From an uncultured SAR86 cluster bacterium (GTDB lineage: Bacteria; Pseudomonadota; Gammaproteobacteria; Magnimaribacterales; D2472), in NCBI GenBank assembly GCA_902512655.1, contig CABXJR010000003.1, positions 3,355 through 67,354 on the forward strand: 64,000 nucleotides of DNA, in the 5' to 3' direction. The notes under the pieces are model-generated. The model had not been told where the DNA came from. It saw only the letters and a list, made by a program, of their open reading frames with translations, and ran no database searches. Positions 1 to 9,555 of this stretch are shown here, piece by piece. How positions within the stretch are numbered: position 1 is the stretch's first letter; each line of letters starts with the position of its first letter. The translations under genes were made by a program, and so were the position numbers.

Positions 1-634
1 GAGTAGACTTTTCTTTGGAGTCCAAAATCCTTAGAGGATTAGATTTTAATCTTGCTTGATCTTTTTCATGTAATTCGTTTATATGTGGTTCGAGAAAGCT
101 GACCAGTGATTTACAAAAATTCTCCTTGGCAAGCTCATCACCTAGGTGATTTATTTTGATTTTATAGTCTGAAATACCGATTAATTCATTGATCTGCAAA
201 ACCATGCTAATCAACTCATATTCTGAAAGTCCTTCTTCAAATCCAAGATACTCAACTCCCACTTGATGAAACTGCCTGAATCTTCCTTTTTGTGGTCTTT
301 CGTATCTAAACATCGGGCCTTGATACCAAAACTTATGTTTTTCCTGTTCTTGTTTTTTTTGAATAATTGCTCTAATAACACTCGCTGAAGCCTCCGGCCT
401 CAGGCTAATACTTTCTTCATTACGATCTAAAAATGAATAGAGCTCTTTATTAACAATGTCAGATGCATTCCCTACAGATCTTGAAAAAAGTTCTGTGGAC
501 TCTAGTATTGGAGTACGAATTTCATGTAAATCAAAAGAATGAAAAATTTTAGAGAGTTTTGATTCGAATATATGCCATCTCACTAAATCCTCAGGAAATA
601 GATCGGGCATACCTCTTAATGATTGAATCTTCAC
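1..634 (-). CDS. hisS: Histidine--tRNA ligase (HisRS), N-terminal ~210 codons; the gene runs off the left edge
   Basis: Not in the ORF track because it is edge-truncated. My minus-strand translation from GTG 634 (or ATG 610) reads ..IQSLRGMPDLFPEDLVRW..ELYSFLDRNEESISLRPEASASVIRA..WYQGPMFRYERPQKGRFRQFHQVGVE, matching class II HisRS motifs 1-2. ispG-hisS adjacency is conserved. Confidence 0.85.
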   Translation of the reverse strand, partial: MKIQSLRGMPDLFPEDLVRWHIFESKLSKIFHSFDLHEIRTPILESTELFSRSVGNASDIVNKELYSFLDRNEESISLRPEASASVIRAIIQKKQEQEKHKFWYQGPMFRYERPQKGRFRQFHQVGVEYLGFEEGLSEYELISMVLQINELIGISDYKIKINHLGDELAKENFCKSLVSFLEPHINELHEKDQARLKSNPLRILDSKEKST

Positions 635-638
635 TTTT

Positions 639-1736
639 TTAACCTTTTGCAATTATGTCTAAAGAATTTCTCTTTTCGATTTCTTCTTTTACTTGCTCTT
701 CTATTGTATCAACAAGTTTCTCATTAGAGACTTTTTTTGAAGCGGCACCATTGACATACAACAAGTTACTTGGACCGCCCGTTAGTCCAATATTAGCTGC
801 CTTGGACTCACCTGGGCCATTAACATAGCAACCAATTATTGCCACTTCTAAATCCTCAGTAATGCCTTCAAATCGTGTTTCAAGCTCATTAACTACCTCT
901 ATAACATTAAAATTTTGTCTAGAGCAGCTAGGACATGCAACTATTCTAATCCCTCGACTTCTTAAATTTAGGCTTTTTAAAATATCCCAGCCAATCTTCA
1001 CTTCATCTACCGGATCTGAAGCAAGCGAAACCCTAATCGTGTCACCTATGCCTTCAGATAAAAGAATGCCTAGACCAATAGATGACTTAACTGAACCAGC
1101 CCTATAACTTCCAGACTCTGTTATACCCAAATGCAACGGCTGATCAAGTAATTTAGAAAACTTTCTATAGCTATCAACGGTCATTTGAATATTTGAGGCC
1201 TTTAGACTTAATTTAAAATTTGAGAAGTTGTATCTATCTAAAATATCTACATGCCTCAACGCTGATTCAACCAATGCATCTGAATTAGGCTCACCATATT
1301 TTTTTTGTAAATCTTTTTCTAAAGATCCAGCATTAACACCGATTCTTATAGGAATATTATTATCTTTTGCAGACTGAATGATTTCTTGAACTTTATTTTC
1401 CTTGCCAATATTTCCAGGATTTATCCTAAGGCAATCAGCTGAGTTAGCTACCAGTAAAGCAATCTTATAATCGAAATGGATATCTGCAACGAGTGGAACT
1501 GAAACTGAATTTTTTATTTCTTTAAATGCCTTAGCGCAATCCTTATCTGGAACAGAAACTCTTACAATGTCTGCACCAGCCACCACCAAGTCTTTAATCT
1601 GATTAATTGTAGCTTGAACATCTGTTGTATTTGTATTTGTCATTGATTGAATAGAGATTGGATGATCCCCGCCAACGCCAATATTTCCAACAAATATAGG
1701 TTTTGTTTTTTTTCTTTTTATCCAAGAATTGTTCAT
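639..1736 (-). CDS. ispG: 4-hydroxy-3-methylbut-2-enyl diphosphate synthase (IspG/GcpE)
   Basis: 365 aa. Fe-S cysteines in [10 protein letters not shown] and GCYVNGPGE. Full-length GcpE-like sequence at the rlmN-rodZ-ispG-hisS position. Confidence 0.95.
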   Translation of the reverse strand: MNNSWIKRKKTKPIFVGNIGVGGDHPISIQSMTNTNTTDVQATINQIKDLVVAGADIVRVSVPDKDCAKAFKEIKNSVSVPLVADIHFDYKIALLVANSADCLRINPGNIGKENKVQEIIQSAKDNNIPIRIGVNAGSLEKDLQKKYGEPNSDALVESALRHVDILDRYNFSNFKLSLKASNIQMTVDSYRKFSKLLDQPLHLGITESGSYRAGSVKSSIGLGILLSEGIGDTIRVSLASDPVDEVKIGWDILKSLNLRSRGIRIVACPSCSRQNFNVIEVVNELETRFEGITEDLEVAIIGCYVNGPGESKAANIGLTGGPSNLLYVNGAASKKVSNEKLVDTIEEQVKEEIEKRNSLDIIAKG

Positions 1737-1915
1737 GCTTCTAGTTCCGATGAATCAACATTAACATCAAGTTGAATGGAATCAAGTCTATCTTGTATAA
1801 AAAAATTATTGATTTGGTTATGCAGTTCATTAATATCTTTATTAAAGTTTTTTTAAATTTCTATCTTAAAATCGTCTACGTTGCCAAGAGTTTCGTTTAA
1901 TGGAAACTCTGACAC

Positions 1916-2302
1916 TTAGCTAAAATTATTCCCGCCTTGAAAAATAAAAATTAGTGAAATTAAAAAAACAAGAAATATAATAAAAATATAAATAATATTT
2001 TTCTTTAAAAATAATTTGTTAGATGAATCAGATTCAAGATTTCTCTCTGCTTTAGCAACTACTTTAGCATTATAAATATCAAAAAAACTTACCTCTAAAT
2101 TAAGGAATTTTGAATATTTTTTAAAATATTGAAGAGCGAAAATTCTGGCTGGAAAAATTCCATAATCGCCTGACTCAATGCCTTTAATATATTCAATATT
2201 AATTAAAATTTGACTAGCGACCTCTTCTTCAGTCATAGAGCGAAGGATGCGAGCATTTCTAAAAGCTTTACCAACCTTTGCTGTATGTGCAGATTTAAGC
2301 AT
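1916..2302 (-). CDS. rodZ: RodZ-like cytoskeleton protein, truncated (Xre-type HTH plus one TM helix, no periplasmic domain)
   Basis: 128 aa. N-terminal HTH region (LRSMTEEEVASQILINIEYIKGIESGD) then a hydrophobic helix (IIYIFIIFLVFLISLIFIF). It sits between rlmN and ispG, where rodZ lies in E. coli and Pseudomonas. Confidence 0.6.
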   Translation of the reverse strand: MLKSAHTAKVGKAFRNARILRSMTEEEVASQILINIEYIKGIESGDYGIFPARIFALQYFKKYSKFLNLEVSFFDIYNAKVVAKAERNLESDSSNKLFLKKNIIYIFIIFLVFLISLIFIFQGGNNFS

Positions 2303-2303
2303 T

Positions 2304-3395
2304 TTAAGTATTGATTAAGTTAATGGAATTGTTTTTATTTTTTCCTTTTACACTTTTAGTGAGCTTGCCAACAAGCTGTCCACATGCTCCATCAATTGCA
2401 TCTCCTCTTGAGATTCTAAGAGTGGTTATAAATCCCTTTTTGATCAAAAAATCTTTAAATTTATAAATAGCACTCTCTTGAGATCGAATATAATCACAGC
2501 CCTCAAAGGGATTAAAGGGTATAAGATTTATTTTGCAGGATAATCCATCTAGAATCTTCCCTAAATCTTTTGCATGATCCAATGAATCATTTACACCATC
2601 TATTAAAATATATTCAATTGTTATTGTTTTACGTTTACTCTGCGTTTTTAGGTAGTTTTTACAAGCATCTAAGAGTTCTTCTAGTGGATATTTTTTATTA
2701 ATTGGAACTATTTCATCTCTTAAAATATTGTTCGGAGCATGCAAAGATATCGCCAATGAAACATCAGTCTTATTAGCAAGCTTATTAATTTCTGGCACTA
2801 TCCCTGAAGTGCTAAGTGTAATCCTTCTTTTAGAAAGTCCATATGCATTTTGATGCTGCATTAAATCAATAGAACTCATCACTGGTTCAACATTGAGTAG
2901 AGGCTCGCCCATTCCCATAAATACAACATTTGATATTGGTGGGCTAGATTCATCATGGAAATTAGCTAGCCATAACTGACCTATAATTTCTGCATCTGAT
3001 AAATTTCTCTCAAAACCTTGTGCGCCCGTTGCACAGAAAGTACATTGCAATGCGCATCCTGCTTGCGAAGATATACAAAGAGTCAGCCTTTTTTTTTCTG
3101 GGATCTTAACCATTTCAATCATTGAGCCAGAATCTAGTTTAATTAAATATTTCTTTGTTCCCTCCGGAGATAGAAAACACTCCTCTACTGAAGGAGGTTT
3201 TACTTCAGCAATTTCAGAGAGCTGATTTCTTAATGCAAGACTAAAATCAGTCATGTTCATAAAATCAATAACTCCACGTTGGTGAATCCATTTCATCAAT
3301 TGAGAGGCTCTAAAATTTGGTTGCTCTATTGATTGGAAAAAATTTACCAGTGATTCATATGAGAATCCTAGTAAATTTATCTTTTCTTTATGCAC
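2304..3395 (-). CDS. rlmN: Dual-specificity 23S rRNA/tRNA A2503/A37 C2-methyltransferase RlmN (radical SAM)
   Basis: 363 aa. Radical-SAM CxxxCxxC motif in GCALQCTFCATG and a C-terminal catalytic Cys in DGACGQL. Lies next to ndk. Confidence 0.93.
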   Translation of the reverse strand: MHKEKINLLGFSYESLVNFFQSIEQPNFRASQLMKWIHQRGVIDFMNMTDFSLALRNQLSEIAEVKPPSVEECFLSPEGTKKYLIKLDSGSMIEMVKIPEKKRLTLCISSQAGCALQCTFCATGAQGFERNLSDAEIIGQLWLANFHDESSPPISNVVFMGMGEPLLNVEPVMSSIDLMQHQNAYGLSKRRITLSTSGIVPEINKLANKTDVSLAISLHAPNNILRDEIVPINKKYPLEELLDACKNYLKTQSKRKTITIEYILIDGVNDSLDHAKDLGKILDGLSCKINLIPFNPFEGCDYIRSQESAIYKFKDFLIKKGFITTLRISRGDAIDGACGQLVGKLTKSVKGKNKNNSINLINT

Positions 3396-3399
3396 TCAA

Positions 3400-3819
3400 T
3401 TAAAAGATTTCATTATCATCAAAAAAATAGGAAATTTCTCTTGTCGCACTATCAGTTGAGTCAGATCCATGAACAGCATTTGCGTCTATTGTCTGCGCAA
3501 AGTCTGCTCTTATGGTACCAGGCTCTGCTTCATTTGGATTAGTGGCACCCATAAGTTCCCTATTTTTTAAAACAGCATTATCTCCCTCCAACACTTGTAC
3601 GAATACTGGAGCAGATGTCATATATTCAACAAGGTTTGGGAAAAAGGATCTTCCCTCATGCTCTGCATAAAAACCTGCAGCCTGAGCTTCATCCATATGT
3701 ATCAATTTACCAGCAACCACTTTAAGACCATTTTCTTCAAAGCGATCTATTATTTTCCCAATAATATTTCTAGATGTTGCATCAGGTTTAATTATTGAAA
3801 GTGTGCGTTGTATAGTCAT
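3400..3819 (-). CDS. ndk: Nucleoside diphosphate kinase
   Basis: 139 aa. Begins [10 protein letters not shown]-like and has the active-site His context NAVHGSDS. Confidence 0.95.
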   Translation of the reverse strand: MTIQRTLSIIKPDATSRNIIGKIIDRFEENGLKVVAGKLIHMDEAQAAGFYAEHEGRSFFPNLVEYMTSAPVFVQVLEGDNAVLKNRELMGATNPNEAEPGTIRADFAQTIDANAVHGSDSTDSATREISYFFDDNEIF

Positions 3820-3854
3820 AAGGTTACTCCTAAATTTGCGACATTATAGGTGAG

Positions 3855-4055
3855 TTAATCCAATTCATCCATCCATGCCATTTGGATTGCTTCAAGAATT
3901 TTTTCATTTGACTTGCTAGGATCTCCCACAAAATTTTCTAAATTAGATATTTTGTTGTGCAAATCTGGGAAACTTATCCATTGCGGATTAATTTCAGGGA
4001 AGCTTTCATAAAGCTCTATGGCAATTTCTTGTATATCAGACCAATCTATTTTCAT
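3855..4055 (-). CDS. iscX: Fe-S cluster assembly protein IscX (YfhJ)
   Basis: 66 aa acidic protein. MKIDWSDIQEIAIELYESFPEINP.. aligns by eye with E. coli IscX. It is the last gene of the isc operon, and its start overlaps the upstream stop (TAATG). Confidence 0.85.
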   Translation of the reverse strand: MKIDWSDIQEIAIELYESFPEINPQWISFPDLHNKISNLENFVGDPSKSNEKILEAIQMAWMDELD

Positions 4056-4771
4056 TAGTGATCCTCTGAAACCTGGTTAATAGTATATTTTGGTATCTTG
4101 ATGACAGTTAATTCATCCTCAGGATATACCTGACAACCTAATCTTGACCTAGCCTCGAGACCCCACGCTTTGTCAAGAAGATCTTCTTCATCATCTGAAG
4201 CATCTTCAAGGTTAGCAAAGCCTTCTTTAACAATAATGTGACAAGTTGTGCATGCGCATGACATTTCACAAGCATGTTCTATACGTATTTTATTTCTGAG
4301 ACATGCCTCTAAAATACTCTCGCCATCTAGGGCATCTATAATAACTCCCTCAGGACAAAGCTCTTCGTGAGGTAAAATTTTTATTTTTTTTTTTACTTCA
4401 GATCTTTTAATGAGATCAGTTTCACTAGAATCAATTGTGAAGCTTTCTCCACAGCCACAGAGTGCAGTTGCATTTGGATTGTGAAATTGAATACCCTTAT
4501 TGAACCCGTCATCTGTATAGTCAACCATACTACCTTTGAGGAATTCAAAACTCTTTGAATCAACTAAAAATGTACAATCATCTTGCTTAATAACAGTGTC
4601 ATCATCATTTTGGCATTCTTCATATCCAAAAAAGTATTCATAACCTGAACAACCGGCTTTTTTAACGCCAATCCTTATTGAATTTTTAGTAATTTCTTTT
4701 TCAAGCATGCTTGAAAAATGAGAAATTGCTTTATCAGAAAATTGCAGTTGTTCTGGTTTAAATTTTTCCAT
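4055..4771 (-). CDS. Fusion protein: IscA (A-type Fe-S carrier) N-terminal domain plus [2Fe-2S] ferredoxin Fdx C-terminal domain
   Basis: 238 aa single ORF. Residues ~1-112 are IscA-like (GCSGYEY ... CGCGESF C-terminal signature). Residues ~130-238 match E. coli Fdx almost colinearly (ILPHEELCPEG, IEHACEMSCACTTCH, LLDKAWGLE, SRLGCQV, IPKYTIN). The linker is TIDSSETDLIKRSEVKKK. Confidence 0.85.
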   Translation of the reverse strand: MEKFKPEQLQFSDKAISHFSSMLEKEITKNSIRIGVKKAGCSGYEYFFGYEECQNDDDTVIKQDDCTFLVDSKSFEFLKGSMVDYTDDGFNKGIQFHNPNATALCGCGESFTIDSSETDLIKRSEVKKKIKILPHEELCPEGVIIDALDGESILEACLRNKIRIEHACEMSCACTTCHIIVKEGFANLEDASDDEEDLLDKAWGLEARSRLGCQVYPEDELTVIKIPKYTINQVSEDH

Positions 4772-4777
4772 TTGACA

Positions 4778-5182
4778 TTATTGCTTCTGCTCAAAATCAT
4801 CAATCGCTTGCTGAATTGAATCTTCTGCCAAGACCGAGCAATGAATTTTTATAGGTGGCAACTCTAGAGCTTCTGCAATTTCAACATTTTTAATTTGTCG
4901 TGCTTCCTCCAATGTTTTACCAACAAGCATATCTACTAATTCACTAGAAGATGCAATTGCTGACCCACATCCATATGTCTTAAATTTGACATCCTTGATA
5001 ACATGCGTATTCCCTTTTGATTCGCATTTGATTTGTAATTTCATTACATCTCCACATGTAGGAGCACCCACCATTCCAGTGCCAATATTCGCTTCTTTTG
5101 GATCAAACCTACCTACATTGAATTTTTCAGGTTCATTTAGGATATTTTCGAATTTTTCAATTACTTTTTTACTATATGCCAT
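4778..5182 (-). CDS. iscU: Fe-S cluster scaffold IscU
   Basis: 134 aa. Three conserved cluster Cys contexts: GAPTCGDVM, YGCGSAIASS and IHCSVLAEDS. Confidence 0.95.
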   Translation of the reverse strand: MAYSKKVIEKFENILNEPEKFNVGRFDPKEANIGTGMVGAPTCGDVMKLQIKCESKGNTHVIKDVKFKTYGCGSAIASSSELVDMLVGKTLEEARQIKNVEIAEALELPPIKIHCSVLAEDSIQQAIDDFEQKQ

Positions 5183-5198
5183 AAATACCTCCCAATAC

Positions 5199-6425
5199 TT
5201 AATGCGTTTGCCATTCTACTGAGTCAATATCAATGCCATCGAGGTACATCTCCCATAAGGGTGATAGCTCTCTTAGCCTTTCAACTGCGTGGTTAATTAG
5301 AGTAAGCGTATAATCCAACTCTTCTTCAGTAGTAAATCTTCCAAAGGAAAATCTGATTGAACTAGAAGCCAGCTCATCTTTTCTTCCAAGAGCTCTTAAT
5401 ACATATGATGGTTCTAAACTTGCTGATGTGCAAGCCGAACCAGAAGATACAGCTATATCTTTAAGAGCCATGATTAATGATTCGCCCTCTACATATGCAA
5501 AACTAATGTTAAGAATATTGCTTACTTTGTTAGTAAAGTCTCCATTAACATAAATTTCTTTGATTTTTGAAACAGACTCATAAAATCTATCATGCATGGA
5601 TTGTATTCTTGCTTTATCTGAATGCATTTCTTCCTTCGCTAGTTTAAAAGCCTCACCCATTCCAACAATTTGGTGAGTTGGAAGCGTGCCTGATCTCATG
5701 CCTCTTTCATGACCGCCTCCATGGATTTGAGCCTCAATCCTCACACGAGGTTTTCTTCTAACAAACAATGCACCAATACCTTTGGGCCCATATGTTTTAT
5801 GAGCAGAAAATGACATTAGATCAACCGGAAGATTGCCTAAATCAATATCTACTTTTCCTGTACTTTGGGCAGCGTCAACATGAAAAAATATGCCGTTTTT
5901 ACGAGCGACCTTTCCAATTCCATCAAGATCGTTAATAGTTCCTAATTCATTATTAATATGCATAATAGAAACTAGGATCGTATCTTCCCTTATTGCATCT
6001 GATACTGCCTCAGGAGCAATTAGTCCTCCTTCATTTGGCTCTAAGTAGGTAATCTCAAAACCATCCCTTTCAAGTTGTCTACATGGATCTAAAACAGCCT
6101 TATGTTCTATTTTTGAGGTAATGATATGTTTTCCATTATCTTTATAAAAATTTGCAATTCCCTTAATCGCAAGATTATCGGCTTCAGTAGCACCTGAAGT
6201 CCATACAATCTCTCTAGGATCACAATTAACTAAATTTGCAACATGAGATCTTGCTTCTTCTACTGCTTCTTCAGCTTTCCAACCAAATTTATGAGATCGC
6301 GAGGCTGGATTCCCAAAATTTCCATCCAATGTTAAGTGATCAGAAATTTTTTTTGCAACCCTTGGATCTACTGGTGTGGTAGATGCATAATCCATGTAAA
6401 TAGGTAATTTTATTTCATTGCTCAT
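5199..6425 (-). CDS. iscS: Cysteine desulfurase IscS
   Basis: 408 aa. PLP-lysine context [14 protein letters not shown] and active-site loop SSGSACTS. 4-nt overlap with the iscR stop. Confidence 0.95.
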   Translation of the reverse strand: MSNEIKLPIYMDYASTTPVDPRVAKKISDHLTLDGNFGNPASRSHKFGWKAEEAVEEARSHVANLVNCDPREIVWTSGATEADNLAIKGIANFYKDNGKHIITSKIEHKAVLDPCRQLERDGFEITYLEPNEGGLIAPEAVSDAIREDTILVSIMHINNELGTINDLDGIGKVARKNGIFFHVDAAQSTGKVDIDLGNLPVDLMSFSAHKTYGPKGIGALFVRRKPRVRIEAQIHGGGHERGMRSGTLPTHQIVGMGEAFKLAKEEMHSDKARIQSMHDRFYESVSKIKEIYVNGDFTNKVSNILNISFAYVEGESLIMALKDIAVSSGSACTSASLEPSYVLRALGRKDELASSSIRFSFGRFTTEEELDYTLTLINHAVERLRELSPLWEMYLDGIDIDSVEWQTH

Positions 6426-6862
6426 TTTTGAATTTCCTTAACAACTATTTGAGGGCTGTTTTGCTTATCTGCAAGGTCTGAAATGAAAATATCGCTTAAA
6501 AATTGATCTACAACATTATTCAGATCATCCCAGAGCTTGTGTGAATTGCATTTTTGCCCTAAGTGACATGAAGAAGTACCTGCGCAGTTAGTAGCATCAA
6601 GGTTCTCCTCAACAGCCTCCATAATTGATTTAATACTTATATCATTGGGTTGTGATGCGTAAATATAGCCACCATTTCTGCCTCTAACACTCTTAACGAT
6701 CCCTGCAATACGCAATTTTCTGAATAATTGTTCAAGATAAGTTAAATCAATACCTTGCCTTGAAGCTATATCACGTAATGCAACAGGGTTATTGTGACCA
6801 GAAAAATTTTTCAGGTCAGCAAGAGCATTAACAGCATAATGGCTTTTAGTGGTAAAATTCAT
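6422..6862 (-). CDS. iscR: Rrf2-family Fe-S regulator IscR
   Basis: 146 aa. N-terminal wHTH aligns with E. coli IscR ([10 protein letters not shown].., SYLEQLF-like TYLEQLF). Cluster ligands lie in [19 protein letters not shown]. First gene of the isc operon. Confidence 0.9.
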   Translation of the reverse strand: MNFTTKSHYAVNALADLKNFSGHNNPVALRDIASRQGIDLTYLEQLFRKLRIAGIVKSVRGRNGGYIYASQPNDISIKSIMEAVEENLDATNCAGTSSCHLGQKCNSHKLWDDLNNVVDQFLSDIFISDLADKQNSPQIVVKEIQK

Positions 6863-6868
6863 GCAGGT

Positions 6869-6896
6869 ATTATCAATACCTGACTAAATTAGTCAA
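6869..6896 (-). promoter_or_regulatory. Candidate sigma70 promoter of iscR (TTGACT-16 nt-GATAAT)
   Basis: The minus strand reads TTGACT AATTTAGTCAGGTATT GATAAT ACCTGC ATG. The A of the iscR ATG is the 7th nt after the -10 hexamer, which predicts a leaderless transcript. No Shine-Dalgarno is visible. Confidence 0.4.
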
Positions 6897-6900
6897 GTTT
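6876..6900. promoter_or_regulatory. IscR type-1 binding site
   Basis: ATACCTGACTAAATTAGTCAAGTTT matches the E. coli type-1 consensus ATASYYGACTRWWWYAGTCRRSTAT at 24 of 25 positions by hand alignment. It lies -14 to -38 from the iscR ATG and overlaps the purC stop codon. Confidence 0.6.
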
Positions 6901-7608
6901 TATTTTCATTCCCAGTCTCTCACCTACCTCTCCATATGTTTCTATAACATTTCCTAGGTCTTGGCGAAACCGATCTTTATCCATTTTTGTTAATGTAACT
7001 TTATCCCAAAGTCTACAACCATCAGGTGTAAATTCATCAGCAAGAAGCATCTTGCCATTAAATTTCCCAAACTCTAATTTGTAATCTACTAAAATGAGGT
7101 TAGCTTGCATGAAAAAATCAACCAAAATATCATTAATTTTAAGGGTTAAATCTCTCATAGCATCTGCATCCTCTTGAGTCGCCCAACCAAAAGATTCAAT
7201 ATGGTGATCGTTAATTAATGGGTCTCCCAATTCATCATCTTTAAGGAAAAACTCAAATAATGGTGGATCTAAAATCAAACCATCCTCAATCCCCAATCTT
7301 TTACAAAGTGAGCCTGTTGCCCTATTTCTAACAACGCACTCAATAGGAAACATATCTAGCTTATAAACTAAAGATTCATGATTAGAAAGCAATTTTATAA
7401 AGTGAGTCTCTATGCCTTTTGAAGCCAAAAACTCCATAACAAAGGCATTGAATTGATTGTTAACCTTACCTTTATTATCTAAGGCTTCTATTTTTTTTCC
7501 ATCAAAAGCAGAAGTATCATCTCTGAACTCCATTATTAGCTGATCAGGTTCATTGGTAGTAAACAAAGATTTAGCTTTTCCAGTGGTGATTTGAGATATT
7601 TTTTCCAT
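6889..7608 (-). CDS. purC: Phosphoribosylaminoimidazole-succinocarboxamide (SAICAR) synthase
   Basis: 239 aa full-length PurC-like protein (GKAKSLF.., RDDTSAFDG, CRLWD). dapA-bamC-purC synteny. Confidence 0.93.
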   Translation of the reverse strand: MEKISQITTGKAKSLFTTNEPDQLIMEFRDDTSAFDGKKIEALDNKGKVNNQFNAFVMEFLASKGIETHFIKLLSNHESLVYKLDMFPIECVVRNRATGSLCKRLGIEDGLILDPPLFEFFLKDDELGDPLINDHHIESFGWATQEDADAMRDLTLKINDILVDFFMQANLILVDYKLEFGKFNGKMLLADEFTPDGCRLWDKVTLTKMDKDRFRQDLGNVIETYGEVGERLGMKIKLD

Positions 7609-7614
7609 AATTTC

Positions 7615-8613
7615 TTAACTTAATAGTTCATTAATCTTAGATATCAGGGCTTCAGCATCATCGCTACTTCCCTCAAGAGATTCAACATAGATGTTTGTCT
7701 TATCATTTTCAGATTTTAATATTATTTTAAATTCTGCAGCCTCTCCAAGCAAAAGTGCCCCATCGTCTTGGTTATCATTAAAATTTAAAAATGAAAACCA
7801 GCCCTTCTTTTCTGATTCAACAGAATAACTCACCAAAAAAATTCCATTATTTCTATCAATATCATTGGAGGTTATATTGCCAGCAGTTAAGGCCCTGCTA
7901 ATTGCAGACCATGCTCTATCAAAACCAAGGTTTAACTCGATAATAGTTCTATCATTTAAATTAAAAATCTTTGCTTTCTTTCTATCATTTAAGTTTTGTG
8001 CAGCTAATGATGTACCAGAGAAAGAAGATGCAGAGCTTGCAAAAAATTCTACTATTTTACTGAGTTCTTTTTGAATGAATTCAGGTTCGCTGGCATTTGA
8101 AGAATTAGGGTCAGTAAAATATGTTGACAGAAAAATTTCAGTTGAAGATTCTTTGATGCCATGTTCAATTGTTATTCTGAAATTCAGAGAATCAGAATAT
8201 TTAATTAGCATGATGCCTGCATCTGGGTCACTCTCTATTATTGGCATAGACGAAGCTTCAAAATAACTCTTTGTAATTGGCCATGATGTTGAAGGAAGGC
8301 TCTCAACATACACCCACATCAATTCACCAAGACGTCTTAACTGGACCTCATTAGAACCGCCAGAAGAAAATATTTGCCTTGGCGCAGGAATGTCCTGAAT
8401 GTCAGCTAATGGTATGCCCTGACTAATAGGCGGGTAATGATCTTCTTTTTGAATGGTTAGATCTGATGATGGTAAATTTAAATCAGAAGCAAGCTCCTCT
8501 TCAAAGAATTTATTTTTTGTTTCCGGAAAGAGACCTTCTGGACCAGAAATATATGAGCATGAAGCCATACAACTCAGAGTGAGTACAAAAAGATAGTTTT
8601 TAGAATATTTCAT
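7615..8613 (-). CDS. bamC: Outer-membrane protein assembly lipoprotein BamC (NlpB)
   Basis: 332 aa. Signal peptide with lipobox (LTLSC / MASC). Loosely colinear with E. coli BamC. Sits between dapA and purC as in E. coli. Confidence 0.65.
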   Translation of the reverse strand: MKYSKNYLFVLTLSCMASCSYISGPEGLFPETKNKFFEEELASDLNLPSSDLTIQKEDHYPPISQGIPLADIQDIPAPRQIFSSGGSNEVQLRRLGELMWVYVESLPSTSWPITKSYFEASSMPIIESDPDAGIMLIKYSDSLNFRITIEHGIKESSTEIFLSTYFTDPNSSNASEPEFIQKELSKIVEFFASSASSFSGTSLAAQNLNDRKKAKIFNLNDRTIIELNLGFDRAWSAISRALTAGNITSNDIDRNNGIFLVSYSVESEKKGWFSFLNFNDNQDDGALLLGEAAEFKIILKSENDKTNIYVESLEGSSDDAEALISKINELLS

Positions 8614-9509
8614 ATTAATTTTAATTTTATCATCTCCTCTAAAGTTTGTTCATGATATGTGTTGTTAAAAGATACCAATGGGAGCCTGATACCAGAGTTA
8701 ATTTTACCCATCTTATGCAAAACCCACTTCACGGGTATTGGATTGGACTCAATAAATAAAAGTTCATATAAACTCTTGAAATTTGAGTCTAATTTTTCTG
8801 CATCATTGAATTGCTTACCTAGATTAAGAGAGCAAATATTAGCAATATGCTGGGGAATAATATTAGCAGCTACAGAAATAACTCCATTACCTCCATTTGC
8901 CATAAATGAATTAAAAGTAGGATCATCGCCTGAGAAAACTGAAAAGCTTTTTTTATCACTTATATTCTGAGATATTGATAAAAGTTCAGCCAATCTTTTT
9001 GAATCATCTAGAGCCTCCTTTATTCCAATAATATTAGGATGATTGGAAAGTTTTATTACAGTATCAGGTTTTAAATCAGATGCTGTTCGAGACGGTACAT
9101 TGTAGAGAATTTGAGGGATATCAACCGCATCTGCTATCTTAGTAAAATGCTTTAACAGACCCTCTTGATTTGGTTTATTGTAATAAGGTGTGACTATGAG
9201 AGCATAATCTGCTCCAATTGAAGCAGCCGATTGTGTTAGATCTATGGCTTCTTGAGTTGAATTTGCTCCTGTTCCAGCAATAACTGGAATTCTTCCCTTT
9301 GCAAAACTAATAGTTTTTTTAATAATTTCTATATGTTCAGAAACACTTACTGTCGCCGACTCTCCAGTCGTCCCAACAGATACCAATCCATTAGTTCCAG
9401 ATTCAATATGCCACTCAATGAGAGCCTCAAGAGCTTGAAAATCCAAACTTCCATCTGATTCCATTGGAGTTACTAGAGCTACAAAACTGCCTTCGAGGGG
9501 TTGCATCAT
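8610..9509 (-). CDS. dapA: 4-hydroxy-tetrahydrodipicolinate synthase
   Basis: 299 aa. GTTGES motif, YNVPSRT, and GIKEA with the Schiff-base Lys context. Confidence 0.95.
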   Translation of the reverse strand: MMQPLEGSFVALVTPMESDGSLDFQALEALIEWHIESGTNGLVSVGTTGESATVSVSEHIEIIKKTISFAKGRIPVIAGTGANSTQEAIDLTQSAASIGADYALIVTPYYNKPNQEGLLKHFTKIADAVDIPQILYNVPSRTASDLKPDTVIKLSNHPNIIGIKEALDDSKRLAELLSISQNISDKKSFSVFSGDDPTFNSFMANGGNGVISVAANIIPQHIANICSLNLGKQFNDAEKLDSNFKSLYELLFIESNPIPVKWVLHKMGKINSGIRLPLVSFNNTYHEQTLEEMIKLKLI

Positions 9510-9555
9510 TATTGTTTTCGGTAAAAAATAAAACTATACACTTTTTTTATAAAAA

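Noticed and set aside
1853-1918. In-frame TAA codons after rodZ, considered as evidence for stop-codon reassignment
   Set aside because: TAA terminates many clearly complete conserved genes in this window at the expected protein ends (for example ispG, murA's neighbour degS and bepA). A reassigned genetic code is therefore not supported.
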